A model generated the notes under the pieces. It saw only the letters and a list, made by a program, of their open reading frames with translations. It was not told the DNA's origin and did not search any database. From a virus: a stretch of DNA of 64,000 nucleotides. Where the stretch lies: positions 8,960 to 72,959 of IMG/VR virus record IMGVR_UViG_3300025704_001538; one strand, written 5' to 3'. This document shows positions 1 through 10,700 of the stretch, in pieces. The stretch's first letter is position 1; the number at the start of each line of letters is the position of its first letter. Made by a program: the position numbers and the translations under genes.

Positions 1-2688
1 CATACTTGTTAACGTGTTTAGTGTACAATCACTAACATTATAACCTTCACCCGCAACTGCGGTGTTAATGCTATTTATAAGTGTTGTTTGCGGGTTAGTT
101 AATCCGATATCACAACTAAGTGTTTGGGTGACACAATCAGCACCTAATAATTGACCGGTAAATGTACACGGTATACATGGAATTGGTACTAACTCACACC
201 CTCTCTGTCTCCTCCATACTACTTTTTGTCTTTGTAAGACATTATTTTCCATTTTTTGACCACCCATCCAAATGGTAGATGCGGGAATCATCTGTTCAAT
301 AAGTTTCATCCAGTAGTCACCAATACCATTTGTGAAATCAATCATTTTTTGGTAAGTGTACTTATTTGACGGTATACCTACGTTTTCTTCCGACTGTATA
401 TATTTCCAATAAACCGATTGTAGGGTTGGGTATCCTCCTCCCTTACCGTCAGTTATTGTTTGTCTATTTCTAACGTTTATCATATTACGATAGAACGTCT
501 GCGCAAATTCAAAGAAAGTTTTTTCTTTTGGTTTTGGATTGATGACGGTCCAATCCGTACCTTCAGGATAGGGGTATGGTGAAGTTAAACCTGTCGATGG
601 GAAAGGGTAATCATATTTTTTTGACATATCCCATATGTCATATATAATACCCTGACCCATATTTAATCCTAAGTCAATATTTTTTCTATTTAAAACCAAT
701 CTTTCATCATCGACAATGTAGTAAGCGTTATAACCCGCTTGGGTATTTCTTCTTAATCCTGTTTCGTCATCTGTCCAAGATTTGTTATTATCCTTTATAG
801 TAGTAATACCAAAACCCAAATCCATATATGGGAAATGTCTAAACCTGTTAAAGTATTTTTCACCATATGTGAAGGGCTCTAACTTAGTTTGTACATCAGG
901 ATTTTGCCCTGTAAAAACAGAATTATCGGTGTCTATTCTAACAGGCGCTCTATGTTCGGGTGTTTGTTCATACCATCCCGAACCCTTTTCGAAGAATATA
1001 TCCTCCGTAGGTGTCATGGATTTCGGATATCCATACTCGTCGACGGGATAATCACCCCTTGTACTATCTACAGAAGTTATCGATAATTCTGTGGTGAATC
1101 CCGTATACTGTACTCCTTCAAAACTAAAAGTGACGTTAGGATTTAATACAGGAGTTTCAGTAGTTTTGGTACCACCTGTTATTGTTGCATATTCTTCGTT
1201 GAACCTATCTACATTAATTGGTCCGTCAGCCAAATATATGGTCTCATTGAACTCAATTAATGCCTCAGGAGCTCCTATCATTCTCATCAACGCCTCTATT
1301 GACCTTCTAGTTCCCTTAGATTTGAATAGATATGCGGAATTTAATATTAGATTCCTGTAGTATTGATAATCTAATTCAGTCGGCGTTTTATCTCTAGTTT
1401 GTCCAGGGTATATCGATTGGTTTTTAGTTCCGAATATACTTTGTAAGAAGTCATCATTAGTTATTAAAGATATGTTAGTGTCCCATCCTAATGTCTGTGC
1501 TAAGTTTTTTAAAAGTTGTGAGGGTATATCGTTTTTTACTGTGTAGTTAACCGAATTCATAAAAGCCAATGCGTCAATGAACTTTTTAGTTTCATCAAAA
1601 CTTCTACCGTACAACTGCAATACCTTCTCTACTTTTTTACCCTGAGTATCAAAGTCTTTAAAAGCTCCCGTTGTTAAAAATCTTGAGATTAAGTTTGACC
1701 TAAACTCGTCAATATCATCTGCGATGATGTTTAACCTCTCCATATATGATTCAAACTTCCCTGTTCGAATATCTAAATTCCAAAAACCATCTAATGGCCA
1801 AGTTACCTTTTGTCTAGTTTTATAGAAGTTACCATCTTCTCCCTCCCTCATGAACTCAAATTCCGCAGTATACTTAGGAGACACCAAACGATTCAATAAA
1901 AAGTCTTCAACTTCATCAAACGGGTCTTTAAATGCCTTTTCGGTTTCAAACTTATTTGGCTTTAATAGAATACTTTTTGTTGAATTTACTTCACCACTAA
2001 ATGGGTTTCCTTCAACTACCACAGTTACGGTACCCGCCGATAACCTCGGCGATGCATCAAAATCAACAAATTTATATTCAGTTTCTAAATCTTCAAGGAA
2101 TAGGGCGTATTTTAAAAAATTTCTTGTTAAATTTCTTAATGGACTAACCTCTAAAGGACGAACAGAAATGTTACGGTCAGCATTTTCAGAATAATCAATA
2201 TCAAAAGTATTCTTAAATGTAGTAACGTCTAATTCAAAAGTTGTAAGACCTTCAACATTATCATAAGTTATGTTATACGCGGTATACCCTGTATTTAAAC
2301 CGTAATAAATTTTGTCTATCTGAATTGCGGCAGGAAAATAATTTATTACCTTAGTAATAGACGATGAAAATCTTTTCCTTATTGAACCATAAAGTGAAAA
2401 ATTAGTTACTTTAGATAAATCAAAATTAGGGTATACCCTAAAATTTTTGGCCATAATAATTTTAGACTCTTCTAAACTATTAAAATCTAAGTCGTTGAGG
2501 GATATCGGAGCGGAAAACACTCCCGTGTCAAAAGTTCTGTTAACCTTTTCAACAACGTTAGTGGTAAACTCAAAATTTCCTTGCGTAAGACCTCCACCAT
2601 CAATCAGTTGAAAACCTACGAGTTCATCTGAAAAAGTCCCCCTAGCGTTAGGGGGAGCAGGTGGGTATCTATATTTATTGTCGGCCAT
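1..2688 (-). CDS. Baseplate wedge protein, T4 gp7/P2 gpI-like (3' end runs off the window; missing from the ORF track)
   Basis: ATG at 2688 overlaps the upstream TAA (TAATG) and reads MADNKYRYPPAPPNARGTFSDELVGFQL. The frame is open in the segments I translated, including at position 1. Contains IPSQLLKNLAQTLGW...YYRNLILNSAYLFKSKGTRRSIE, resembling the gpI/gp7 'KGT' motif. Confidence 0.7.
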   Translation of the reverse strand, partial: MADNKYRYPPAPPNARGTFSDELVGFQLIDGGGLTQGNFEFTTNVVEKVNRTFDTGVFSAPISLNDLDFNSLEESKIIMAKNFRVYPNFDLSKVTNFSLYGSIRKRFSSSITKVINYFPAAIQIDKIYYGLNTGYTAYNITYDNVEGLTTFELDVTTFKNTFDIDYSENADRNISVRPLEVSPLRNLTRNFLKYALFLEDLETEYKFVDFDASPRLSAGTVTVVVEGNPFSGEVNSTKSILLKPNKFETEKAFKDPFDEVEDFLLNRLVSPKYTAEFEFMREGEDGNFYKTRQKVTWPLDGFWNLDIRTGKFESYMERLNIIADDIDEFRSNLISRFLTTGAFKDFDTQGKKVEKVLQLYGRSFDETKKFIDALAFMNSVNYTVKNDIPSQLLKNLAQTLGWDTNISLITNDDFLQSIFGTKNQSIYPGQTRDKTPTELDYQYYRNLILNSAYLFKSKGTRRSIEALMRMIGAPEALIEFNETIYLADGPINVDRFNEEYATITGGTKTTETPVLNPNVTFSFEGVQYTGFTTELSITSVDSTRGDYPVDEYGYPKSMTPTEDIFFEKGSGWYEQTPEHRAPVRIDTDNSVFTGQNPDVQTKLEPFTYGEKYFNRFRHFPYMDLGFGITTIKDNNKSWTDDETGLRRNTQAGYNAYYIVDDERLVLNRKNIDLGLNMGQGIIYDIWDMSKKYDYPFPSTGLTSPYPYPEGTDWTVINPKPKEKTFFEFAQTFYRNMINVRNRQTITDGKGGGYPTLQSVYWKYIQSEENVGIPSNKYTYQKMIDFTNGIGDYWMKLIEQMIPASTIWMGGQKMENNVLQRQKVVWRRQRGCELVPIPCIPCTFTGQLLGADCVTQTLSCDIGLTNPQTTLINSINTAVAGEGYNVSDCTLNTLTSM

Positions 2689-3596
2689 TATCCTGTGATG
2701 TTTGTAAAGTTTTTACTAAAGTCTATATTACCACCTCGGTCTTGACGTACCTCGTATAATAGATTATTAAACTCATCACGAATTTCATATAAGTTGTATT
2801 GTTTGTAAATGTTAAGGTCACTATCGTATAACGTGTATACACCGTCCTCAATAGATTTAGTCTGATTACCGTAAAGAGCAATCGCCAACGTATCGATATC
2901 ATGTTCCGCCATTTCTATCTCAACACTAATCGGATTAAAAAACGTATTCGTAATTATAATGTTTTGATTTGGTTGTCCGATAAATGGAGTGGCACTAGGT
3001 TTGTTGGAAGGCGCACTCGCGGGTGATACTGTACAAAATAGTAAGTCACTACCACTTTCTACGTATCTATATCTTATAGATTTTTGTGAAGAGTTTGTTA
3101 GGTTAGTAACTACGGGTTCACAATAGAAGGAAGATGTAATTATTCTATAAAAATTAGTTATTTTACTACCATCATCATTTAGGTATTCTACTCTGTGACC
3201 AACTAATCCCTGATTAATAAATCTATTTCTATATTGCGAAGGAACCTGATTTAAATCAACGATAATACCCTTAACATTAGGTAATGAAGATAGAACTCCA
3301 CAATCTGTTATCGTTGTTCTTATCTCTACAGGTCTAATATAAAGTGTATAAATACCTATTTCGTTAAACTCGTCGGCTGGTAATTTTAAATTATACATAC
3401 CTCCTAATATCTCCACATTAGCATTACCACCAGTACTGTCGTTATGAAAATAAGGCGTTAAAATTTCACTCGCGTTTAGTTTTTTTAACTCAAAATCGTT
3501 AGTAACGTCTCTTGAGGGGGTGTAGTTCAGTATTATCTCCACATCTTCGGGAGACATATCTGATGGTCTTGTTGTTCCGTATGTTCCTAACGCCAT
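2688..3596 (-). CDS. Hypothetical protein, probably virion/baseplate-associated
   Basis: 302-aa ORF translationally coupled within the baseplate operon; no recognised motif. Confidence 0.6.
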   Translation of the reverse strand: MALGTYGTTRPSDMSPEDVEIILNYTPSRDVTNDFELKKLNASEILTPYFHNDSTGGNANVEILGGMYNLKLPADEFNEIGIYTLYIRPVEIRTTITDCGVLSSLPNVKGIIVDLNQVPSQYRNRFINQGLVGHRVEYLNDDGSKITNFYRIITSSFYCEPVVTNLTNSSQKSIRYRYVESGSDLLFCTVSPASAPSNKPSATPFIGQPNQNIIITNTFFNPISVEIEMAEHDIDTLAIALYGNQTKSIEDGVYTLYDSDLNIYKQYNLYEIRDEFNNLLYEVRQDRGGNIDFSKNFTNITG

Positions 3597-3597
3597 T

Positions 3598-4671
3598 TTA
3601 CTCTTGTTCTTTTATTTTAAAGAAACCGTACCCATAAGATACTAAGTCTCCCATATTATCGACTTCTCCGAGTCTCTGTATTCCTTCGAAAGCAGAAATT
3701 TTACCTCTATCAATAAATATTTGGGATTGTATTTCTGGCGACGATACTACTCCAAATAATACTTCTTCTTTCGTAATTGGTTCTGCAGTAATCATATCCT
3801 CAGTTAATCCACTAGATTCCATGACAAAAACGGTCTTTTTGTTAGGATAATCAAAATAATTTACGTCTTGTATTGTATATGCAGTATATGATTCCGTAAT
3901 CTCGGTGACTCTACCGTAGTTTTCATTTTTTCTTTTTACGACAACAGATGTGTCATATTTTGTTGGTCCGTATAGTTTTAGTTCAGTTAACTTGGAAGAT
4001 GTGTAACCTGATATATTAAATGTCTCATTACTAGTCTGACCTGAAATAGTATTATTAGAATCGCCTGTAAAAATATAATTAGCATTAAATGAAACATTTG
4101 CCCAATTTCCTGACTGTGGTGTAAAAGTGACCTCATTAGGTTCATTATTAATTTCAACAGGAACATTAGGTAGTGTTACTTTTTTACTTATATTTGTAAC
4201 CCCCCATGGATTTTTTTGTGTTAATTTTATTAGGTAAGTGTCATCAACGGATGGATAGGTATGTTCCATATAATCAGGAAAAACCGCGGTAAATGGTTCA
4301 ATTGTTCCATCTCCCCAATTAATTTCATAAGTAGATAATTTTAAAAACTTTTTAAACTCATCTGAGGTGTTATATACTTTAATGTTATATTGGTTGGTGG
4401 TATCCCCGCTAACTGAAAAATTACTTACCACGTCTTTTTGTAATATAAAACCGTCAAATCCACTATAAAAACCCATATCATCAAAGGTTTGCTTAAAAAC
4501 TATGGGTATGGTAAGTCCTGTCAATAAACTACTTCCACCTGTACCACCACTTAAAACTGCAGTCATCGCAGAATATACACCAAAAGTATTTCCACTATAG
4601 GTTTTTTGGAAAACATCACTTTTAAGTGATTCTGGAGATATTTTTATAAAATATTTTTCTTCATTCATCAC
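3598..4671 (-). CDS. Putative virion protein with a PKD-like domain
   Basis: INWGDGTIE...HTY PKD signature; seven [ST]GxT motifs; operon context. Confidence 0.6.
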   Translation of the reverse strand: MMNEEKYFIKISPESLKSDVFQKTYSGNTFGVYSAMTAVLSGGTGGSSLLTGLTIPIVFKQTFDDMGFYSGFDGFILQKDVVSNFSVSGDTTNQYNIKVYNTSDEFKKFLKLSTYEINWGDGTIEPFTAVFPDYMEHTYPSVDDTYLIKLTQKNPWGVTNISKKVTLPNVPVEINNEPNEVTFTPQSGNWANVSFNANYIFTGDSNNTISGQTSNETFNISGYTSSKLTELKLYGPTKYDTSVVVKRKNENYGRVTEITESYTAYTIQDVNYFDYPNKKTVFVMESSGLTEDMITAEPITKEEVLFGVVSSPEIQSQIFIDRGKISAFEGIQRLGEVDNMGDLVSYGYGFFKIKEQE

Positions 4672-6053
4672 GGATTCATATATTCAAACCATTTTATTTC
4701 TGAGTTAGTTCCTACTCTTTGATTTGTTTCAACATCAAACACTTCATAAATGTATTTTTCTGTGTCTAACTGAACTTTATAATAAAAAGACTTACTTTTA
4801 TCGAAGTTGAACCTCTCAGATATTGAAGTTTGTCTTTTATTTAAAAATCTACTGAATTGACCTGTTTTCGCATTAAAAAACTTTGCTCCCATATAAAACG
4901 TATCGATATTTATGTAGTTTGGGTCCTTTAACCAATAAATGAAGTAACCCTCTTTATCCCCAATAAAGTCTAAAACGAAATTTGGTTTTTTTATCTCTAC
5001 ATTCGGTGGAGCTAATAATGGTGATGACGGACCCGAATTACCAATACCCTGTGGGTCGTTGTTAATATCACCTCCAGACCCCTGACTTTGCGTAGATATA
5101 CTCGGTGTCGGTGTTATAGAAGGTGATGGACCGGGGGGCCATGGTGGGTAAGCGGGTGGTAAACCTGATGGAGTAATACTTGGTGTCGGTGTTGGTTCTA
5201 CGCAACCACACCCAGAGGTACCCATTTGATTAAGGTCACTTATGTAAATAGATAATTCAGGGTCAGGTATTATTGTTTCGGTATCTACATTTATAAGTTC
5301 ATAACAAATACCCGCAGAAGTTACAGTGTAATTAGTATTTGGATAATCCATTGAGTTAAACAAGTTAATATCTAAATCTCTATATAATATTTGTGAGTTA
5401 CAACTACTAAAAGTCGCTTTATATGAAGGACCAAACGTAGTATTTGAATCTGTTTCTATTTTTGTATCATCTTCAACGATAATTCTTAAACCTGAATCAC
5501 CTCCGCCAGGTGCAATAGAGGGCTGTGTTGGTCCGTTAACAAATGGGTTTGATATTATCGGGTCTGTATCCGAATTTCTAGTTTCTCCTTGTTGTGTGGG
5601 TATTATTATCGTTAAATATAGTTTTTGAGTCTCACTATCTGATGTATCATAAAGGTCCAATTTAAAGAAACTTCTTTTAAAAGAATTTGCGTTGTAGTAA
5701 ATTTCGGCCTCTGTAAAACATTCTCCACTAAAATTAGGATTTTCAGTAAAAACATAGTCATTCACATATATTGAAGTAGAGACAGAGGTCTCATTAGCTA
5801 TGTCAGTATTTCTATTGTAAAATGAGAATTGATATTCAATCGATGACTTTATTTCGTTATTTTTAATCCAGTCTTTATGTGAGTATCTAGTCACCTCAAA
5901 ATCCTCAATAGGGTTTATCACTTCTTGTAATACCTCATCCTCATACTTATCTACCAAGTCATCTCTACCAAGCATGTCGTTTTTTATCTCAATAGGAATA
6001 TTGAGGTATCTGTCTCCTGGTTGTATGTTGAATCTGTACTTATTCACAGTCAT
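4668..6053 (-). CDS. Putative baseplate-associated protein with an internal Cys/Pro-Thr-rich segment
   Basis: 461-aa ORF overlapping its neighbours; central CYEL...CGCVEPTPTPSITPS...PSITPTPS segment. Confidence 0.55.
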   Translation of the reverse strand: MTVNKYRFNIQPGDRYLNIPIEIKNDMLGRDDLVDKYEDEVLQEVINPIEDFEVTRYSHKDWIKNNEIKSSIEYQFSFYNRNTDIANETSVSTSIYVNDYVFTENPNFSGECFTEAEIYYNANSFKRSFFKLDLYDTSDSETQKLYLTIIIPTQQGETRNSDTDPIISNPFVNGPTQPSIAPGGGDSGLRIIVEDDTKIETDSNTTFGPSYKATFSSCNSQILYRDLDINLFNSMDYPNTNYTVTSAGICYELINVDTETIIPDPELSIYISDLNQMGTSGCGCVEPTPTPSITPSGLPPAYPPWPPGPSPSITPTPSISTQSQGSGGDINNDPQGIGNSGPSSPLLAPPNVEIKKPNFVLDFIGDKEGYFIYWLKDPNYINIDTFYMGAKFFNAKTGQFSRFLNKRQTSISERFNFDKSKSFYYKVQLDTEKYIYEVFDVETNQRVGTNSEIKWFEYMNP

Positions 6054-7764
6054 CTATTAATGGTGAGTAAATCACGTTATTATAATTATTTAAATCTTTC
6101 GCCATCGGAGATAATAAGAATAAAATATTAGTGTATGGATAATGACATCCGTTTAAAAATGGGTGATTGTATCCGTTACCATCCGTATCTATAAAGCCGT
6201 ATGGATATATATCTCTCCATCTCCACTGATTATCGTTTTTTGATAAAAATGAGTAATCAGGTATTAAATCTACTTTATCCACGTCTCCTGTTTCTACATA
6301 GTCAGAATACGCAGCAATAGGAATTTTATAATGTGGTTTGTATGCATAACCACTCGGTAAAGTATTAATACTATTATTATCAAATATCTGCGGGTTATAT
6401 GATATCTTATGGTTAATCTCACTTAATTCAGTCTCGGCACCTTCGTAGTTATTATATTCACAAACCCCACCCATAATTTCATCACCTTTACTTAAATTTT
6501 CGTTATAGTAAAAAGTGGTGTCATTAATAGTATATTCACCAAAGGGTATATTGTCTCGATTACTGTAGTTGTCTACATCCCACCAACTATCAATATCATT
6601 TTTTAAGAAGTTCATATCCCACCCAACTTGTAATCCTGTATTACTTGGGTTATTACCCAAATATGGATTATTGAACCATCCCATATATCCTTTATTAATT
6701 ATCGTAACAAACAACTCCGTTATTGGTCTATCTAAATTATCTTTTAAACCACTTAAATCAATATCTTCATCAAAAGAAAACCCCACGGTTAATGACCCAT
6801 CCTTAATTGATGTCCGTTGTATATTATTTGGTGTCAGTCCTGAATATTCTAACTTCTTTTTGATTGGGAATGGGTTGTTTTCAAAGCCCATCTTGGTTAC
6901 GTCAGCATTGGTGGTGTCTGTCAAAATTTTATGAACTTTAACGTAGTAATTAGATGTAGTCTCTTCTTTATTATTAATGTCGCCAACCCTTCTAAAATTT
7001 CCAGTGGAGTAGTTACCAAAAAGAACACTTTCAAAACCATAATTAAAGATAGAAAACACTTTATCTTCATTACCGTATGAGTTATCACCTAAAGTATAAA
7101 CCTCAAAATATCTCTTACCATCTATTTCATCCTTTGTATAAATCCAATCACCAATAGATAGATTATGTTTAATACCACAATAAAAAGTTATTAGATTTTT
7201 ACCTGAATTTTGTCTATTAAGTATGTAGTACGGTACCCCATCGGTAACTACAAAATTATTAATGGACGTACCACTACTAAAGATAACCTTATGTTTCATA
7301 AGTTGGTCCTCTTTATTCTTATAACCGTAAGAAACATAACTAGTCCAATTATATGTTGTCGCACTTTTATTAATAAACGGGACATGACCTTCAATTCCCC
7401 TTGTTCTGTAAAAAGTAAATTCATCATATTGTGGATAACCTTCCCATATAATAGAACCATTTTCTAAATTATTTAATTCGTTTGTGTAGTATAAATTATT
7501 CTTAAATGGGGTGTACTGAGTCCCTCCCGATATTACATTATCAAATATATTTGTAATTTTACCCACTATTCTAAACTTACTAGACTTTTGTCTTTCATCG
7601 TCAAATTGTTGTTCTAAATTTAAAATTTTGGTTCTGTCTCCCTCAACTTTATTCCTTCTATTACTTTGTAAATCTACATCAATTCGCATATCGGAGTTTG
7701 AAGACCCAGCAAAACGGTCCTCACCCCTAACAATCCGAATTTCGTTAGATTTTTTATTACTCAT
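6040..7764 (-). CDS. Hypothetical structural protein
   Basis: 574-aa Asn/Tyr-rich ORF coupled to its neighbours in the baseplate operon. Confidence 0.55.
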   Translation of the reverse strand: MSNKKSNEIRIVRGEDRFAGSSNSDMRIDVDLQSNRRNKVEGDRTKILNLEQQFDDERQKSSKFRIVGKITNIFDNVISGGTQYTPFKNNLYYTNELNNLENGSIIWEGYPQYDEFTFYRTRGIEGHVPFINKSATTYNWTSYVSYGYKNKEDQLMKHKVIFSSGTSINNFVVTDGVPYYILNRQNSGKNLITFYCGIKHNLSIGDWIYTKDEIDGKRYFEVYTLGDNSYGNEDKVFSIFNYGFESVLFGNYSTGNFRRVGDINNKEETTSNYYVKVHKILTDTTNADVTKMGFENNPFPIKKKLEYSGLTPNNIQRTSIKDGSLTVGFSFDEDIDLSGLKDNLDRPITELFVTIINKGYMGWFNNPYLGNNPSNTGLQVGWDMNFLKNDIDSWWDVDNYSNRDNIPFGEYTINDTTFYYNENLSKGDEIMGGVCEYNNYEGAETELSEINHKISYNPQIFDNNSINTLPSGYAYKPHYKIPIAAYSDYVETGDVDKVDLIPDYSFLSKNDNQWRWRDIYPYGFIDTDGNGYNHPFLNGCHYPYTNILFLLSPMAKDLNNYNNVIYSPLIDDCE

Positions 7765-10700
7765 TCTAAGTTAAAAATATATTTCTTTATATACCTATTC
7801 ATTGCGGTTTTACCTCTTCTTAAACCAAAGTAAAAATGAAATGGATTACCCACTTTAAAGTTACCTTTAGCCAAATCGTCTGATAGTAAGTCAGAAATTA
7901 CACCACCAGAAGAGTCTTCACAACTATTGGGACTATTCACTGGAAATTCGTCAAGTTCGGAATCACTACTACTTCTATTGTAAATATAACCAAGCCCATA
8001 TCCTGAGTTAGGTTTCATATATTTTCCACTACCTTCAAAGAAGTCGTCCCCTTGATAAGTCGACGCATATATACATGACGTTTCCCATGTGTTTTGTTCA
8101 GTACCGAATAGTCCATTATCTTTTATCCTCCACATATAAAAAGGTATCACTTGAGAATTAGGGTAACCAAATGAATTAGTTGGTCCCTCAACTTCTGTAC
8201 CGAATGTGGTAACTCCGTTTGTAATTAGTCTTCTATTCTGAGTATTAGAACTAAACCATATTCCAAACCTATCATCCTGTACGGTAATACTATCTTCATA
8301 GTTACCGTCAAGATAAGGTATAACCCCAAATTCACTGTTTATACTTATCATTTGAGCAAAATCACCATCAACTCTTGAATCAAAAGGATTGGTTATAAAG
8401 TCGGCAAATGCAGTGCCGTCAGCTATTGTATCAAACTCTCTTGAGAATATCGCCCCCACACTAGCGTCCCCCGCTCCTAATAATGTCTCTAAGAAACCTG
8501 CATTTGCAAGTCTTGATACCGCAAATAAGTTTATAATCGTACTTATATCCTTATATGATGATGACGTAACTAAATCAATAAAATAACCCTCAAACTCAGG
8601 TGAAAATGATATTTCTTTAGTAAACTCATCTCTTGGACCTAGCTCCATTATTGTAGTAGGACTCCATATATTTTTTTTGTTTTGCCCTGTGTAGTAATTT
8701 CTACCCGGTTCTTGTCCAACAAATTGATTACTCTCGTCATCATATGGAGTACTTCTATAGAAGAATGAGTTGGTATCAGTATTAAAGTATAGTGGTCCCT
8801 GATTCTTTCTGTTATCCCAAAATTGTTGAGGGTCACCACAATACCTATACCTTGTTGGTTCATTATCGCTATTAAATAATGTTTGTTTTTGTATTGCGGG
8901 CATATATAAGGTTCCATTTAACCAGTTATTTTGAAACATTTCTCCAATAATTCCTTGACATAGCGCATACATAAACCTTATCCTAACTCTCCATTCAAAG
9001 AACATAAGGATATCTCTTGGTATTGAGATAATAACCCTCTTAATAACAAACTGATAGCATCCGTTTACAACTCGTTCAGGACCCGTCCATACTTCATTTT
9101 CACTTAAATAACAAGGACTCGATATATCAAAATCTTCCCCATCCCCTTCGTAACAACCTAAAGGAACCATCCCTCCACAACTAAATGAAGAAATGACGTT
9201 AGCTACGGTTGAGTTCGCGTCTTCTAAATCATCAGCAGAATTACCACTACCATCCGCAGCTCCTATAACTTCACCTTCAGGTGTTGTAATAACACCATCA
9301 TCACTTATGAAATACGTTTTTTGAATATTATTCATATGTAATGTGTATCTTCTGAATTCTTTTGCGTCACTTTCAAAATTTTCAAAGAAGTCACTCGATG
9401 GTAATCTATCGGAACGGAATACAATTTTATTGGATTGTGACATCCATGTGTGTGGGACTCCATTAGGGTACGTACCGTCACCGTTTTGTTCGTAATTTTT
9501 GGGTAAGTACAATGGGGAGACGCTTGTAATTCTATGTGCTGAAGAACCTAATTCTCTACGTTTTTTATTATTGGAGGTTCCGACAAAATCAGCGTATTGG
9601 TATCCGCACCCTTCAATCCTTTTTTGCATCCAAGGGTTCAACCCTGATTCAGGGAAGTTTTCATCGGGTAAGCTCACACCAAAATCACCCATGTAACCCG
9701 GCATGGCGTTACTTATTTGTCCATCAAGTGAACAATATTTATTAAAACTGTATGTTTTAAATGGTTGCCAATTTGACGAGTTTGGTGTAAATGTGTATGA
9801 AGAGTGATATAGTTTGTTCGCGTCACTCCAGTTACCTGACCCTCCTCCGTTATTCGAAGAGTACCACTTTAAACTACCAGGACTGTCTATTTCATAGTGT
9901 GGTGTTGGAGATTCACTATTTGTCCACCATTCATCACCACTACCTCCCCCGTTAGGTTGAATCGGTATATTCATATAATAATCACCTTCAACTACTCTAG
10001 CACCTACGTAATCGTTCTGACCGTTGATACCAAAACCGAATAATTTAGATAAATCGTATCTCATTTTTTGTCTCGGAGTATATACATCAACACCCCTAAC
10101 AAAAAAGGCGACAACAATATTTTCATAATCATCGTATGACTCAGTAACCTTTAAATTAGATATAAACCCTTCTTCTTCAGAAGCTTCTTGTTTACAATTA
10201 ATCTTACTTCTATAGGTCCTTACGAATTTTTTCAATAGGGCATCGTTTTCAAATTCCTTTAATTGCGTACTCATCTCATTCAATGTCATCGATGTGAGTA
10301 CTTGGAAGTATTCAACCCCACTTTTAAACGTATAATAGGATGTGGTACTTGTATTAATTAAATTCGCATACCCAACACCAGTCTGTCCATTGGCCTGAAC
10401 ATATGGGACTTCCACTTGAGTATATGTGTTTGGGTTACCATTGGTACTTCCTGTAATAGACTCATTACCGAATTGGTTCCCGTTCTCATATGTGTTAACG
10501 TTGGGGTCGTTAATTTCATTTAAATCGTTAAAGGTCATTAGTGAACCTGTAGTTAGGTTGGTACCTGGGTCAAATAAGAATACGTTACACATATCTGTCC
10601 AAGGAGCGCCGTTTTGTGGTCCAAAGTCATCGTTAACACAACTAACTTGTATTCTATTTGTGGTCTTTCGTGATGAATAATTAGACCCGCCTGGCATGTT

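Noticed and set aside
782-2194. Short plus-strand ORFs at the left end
   Set aside because: They lie antisense to the long minus-strand baseplate ORF 1..2688 that the track missed.
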